Notes under the pieces: model-generated
What the model was told of the DNA's origin: nothing
What the model saw: the letters and a program-made list of their open reading frames with translations, nothing else
Database searches by the model: none
NCBI GenBank assembly: GCA_950097015.1
Contig: CATNEN010000011.1
Span: 4,650,001 to 4,714,000, forward strand
DNA length: 64,000 bases
Direction: 5' to 3'
Source of the DNA: Macrostomum hystrix
Lineage: Eukaryota > Animalia > Platyhelminthes
Translations under genes and position numbers: made by a program
Part shown: positions 63,181 through 64,000 of the stretch, in pieces
How the letters are laid out: each line of letters opens with the position of its first letter
How positions within the stretch are numbered: the stretch's first letter is position 1

Positions 63181-64000
63181 GCGTCGACCCGATTTCTATT
63201 ATTCATAAGGCTGTCTTCGCAAAATAACGCCAAATAGAGTGACTGAAGCAGTCTTGATTTTTAATCTGCTCTACCTAGTCAATTATACACGTGTATTAAC
63301 TATATATTATCTATATCTATGGTAACAAATCATTTGGTTTACATAAGGACAAGGCAAAGGCATAGGGCTAAGGCTAAAATACCAGTATGTGCGAGCTGCA
63401 ACGCTGATATAAGGGGACAAGCAAAGACCAAGGGCAAGACCAATCGTAAAGCTTGGGGCATTGTTCTCTAATGAAACCCCTGTATAACGTTATGTGGGCA
63501 AAAGCGGCAAAGAGCCACCAGCCCGACGAATCGACCGAGGCCAACAGAAGCCGCTAAAAGCCTCTCAAACAACGCCAGCTGGAGTGAAAAATTGAATTTG
63601 GGAAGGGAGCAAAGTGGTTAAGGAGCATTAAGAAATAAGAGTGAAGAGCATTTAAAATTAAAAGGACAGAATGAAAGTAAGCAAAAAACTTTCAGAAAAT
63701 TCAAAACAACAGTAGCCGCTGAGCGCATGGTCCAAGCAAACTGCCGAGAACCGAATGGGACAGAAAACAGCTGAAGACAAGTGAGATCGGGATGGACTCA
63801 GGAAGGAGATCGCTGAATCTTCTGCTCAGCCGGCTGGTTGAAATCGCTTTGGAGGGAGGAGGAAAAGAAACGCTGATGTAGCAGTACGACTTGCCACGAT
63901 CCAGTGGAGCTTATTGTGCTGCAGAGAAGCACCAATTCTAGAGTTACATAAAAGAGCAGCAAAACTCCACAGTATACTACTGATACGAGCACATACTCGT

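Noticed and set aside
63798-63992. Hydrophobic 64-aa ORF at the window end
   Set aside because: Too short, truncated by the window edge, and no recognisable motif or secure splice site.

Overview
This is eukaryotic (metazoan invertebrate) genomic DNA: GC-rich exons with CAG/GCT tracts, AT-rich GT-AG introns, and about 19 kb (~30%, hand estimate) of unrelated minisatellite arrays. The style suggests a free-living flatworm such as Macrostomum, but that is inference only. I rebuilt eight spliced gene models by hand with consistent intron phases: the 3' part of an FNDC3-like gene (+); a class A peptide GPCR (-); two tandem membrane-anchored histidine acid phosphatases (-); a flavin amine/polyamine oxidase (-); a Ly6/uPAR-like mucin-stalk GPI protein (-, 5' end unresolved); a PAN/apple + C-type lectin gene with two in-frame TGA codons (+); and a serine racemase-like gene (-) with a frameshifting 64-nt exonic duplication. 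Mobile DNA comprises a hAT MITE with perfect 8-bp TSDs carrying a satellite, a 5'-truncated degenerate LINE with a (CA)n tail and TSD, and two tRNA-derived SINE families. An intronless, frameshifted AlkB (ALKBH2/3-like) relic that the ORF track only shows in fragments lies at ~55.2-55.6 kb. No CRISPR arrays, rRNA or intact tRNA genes were seen. Most long ORFs in the track are read-throughs of tandem repeats.
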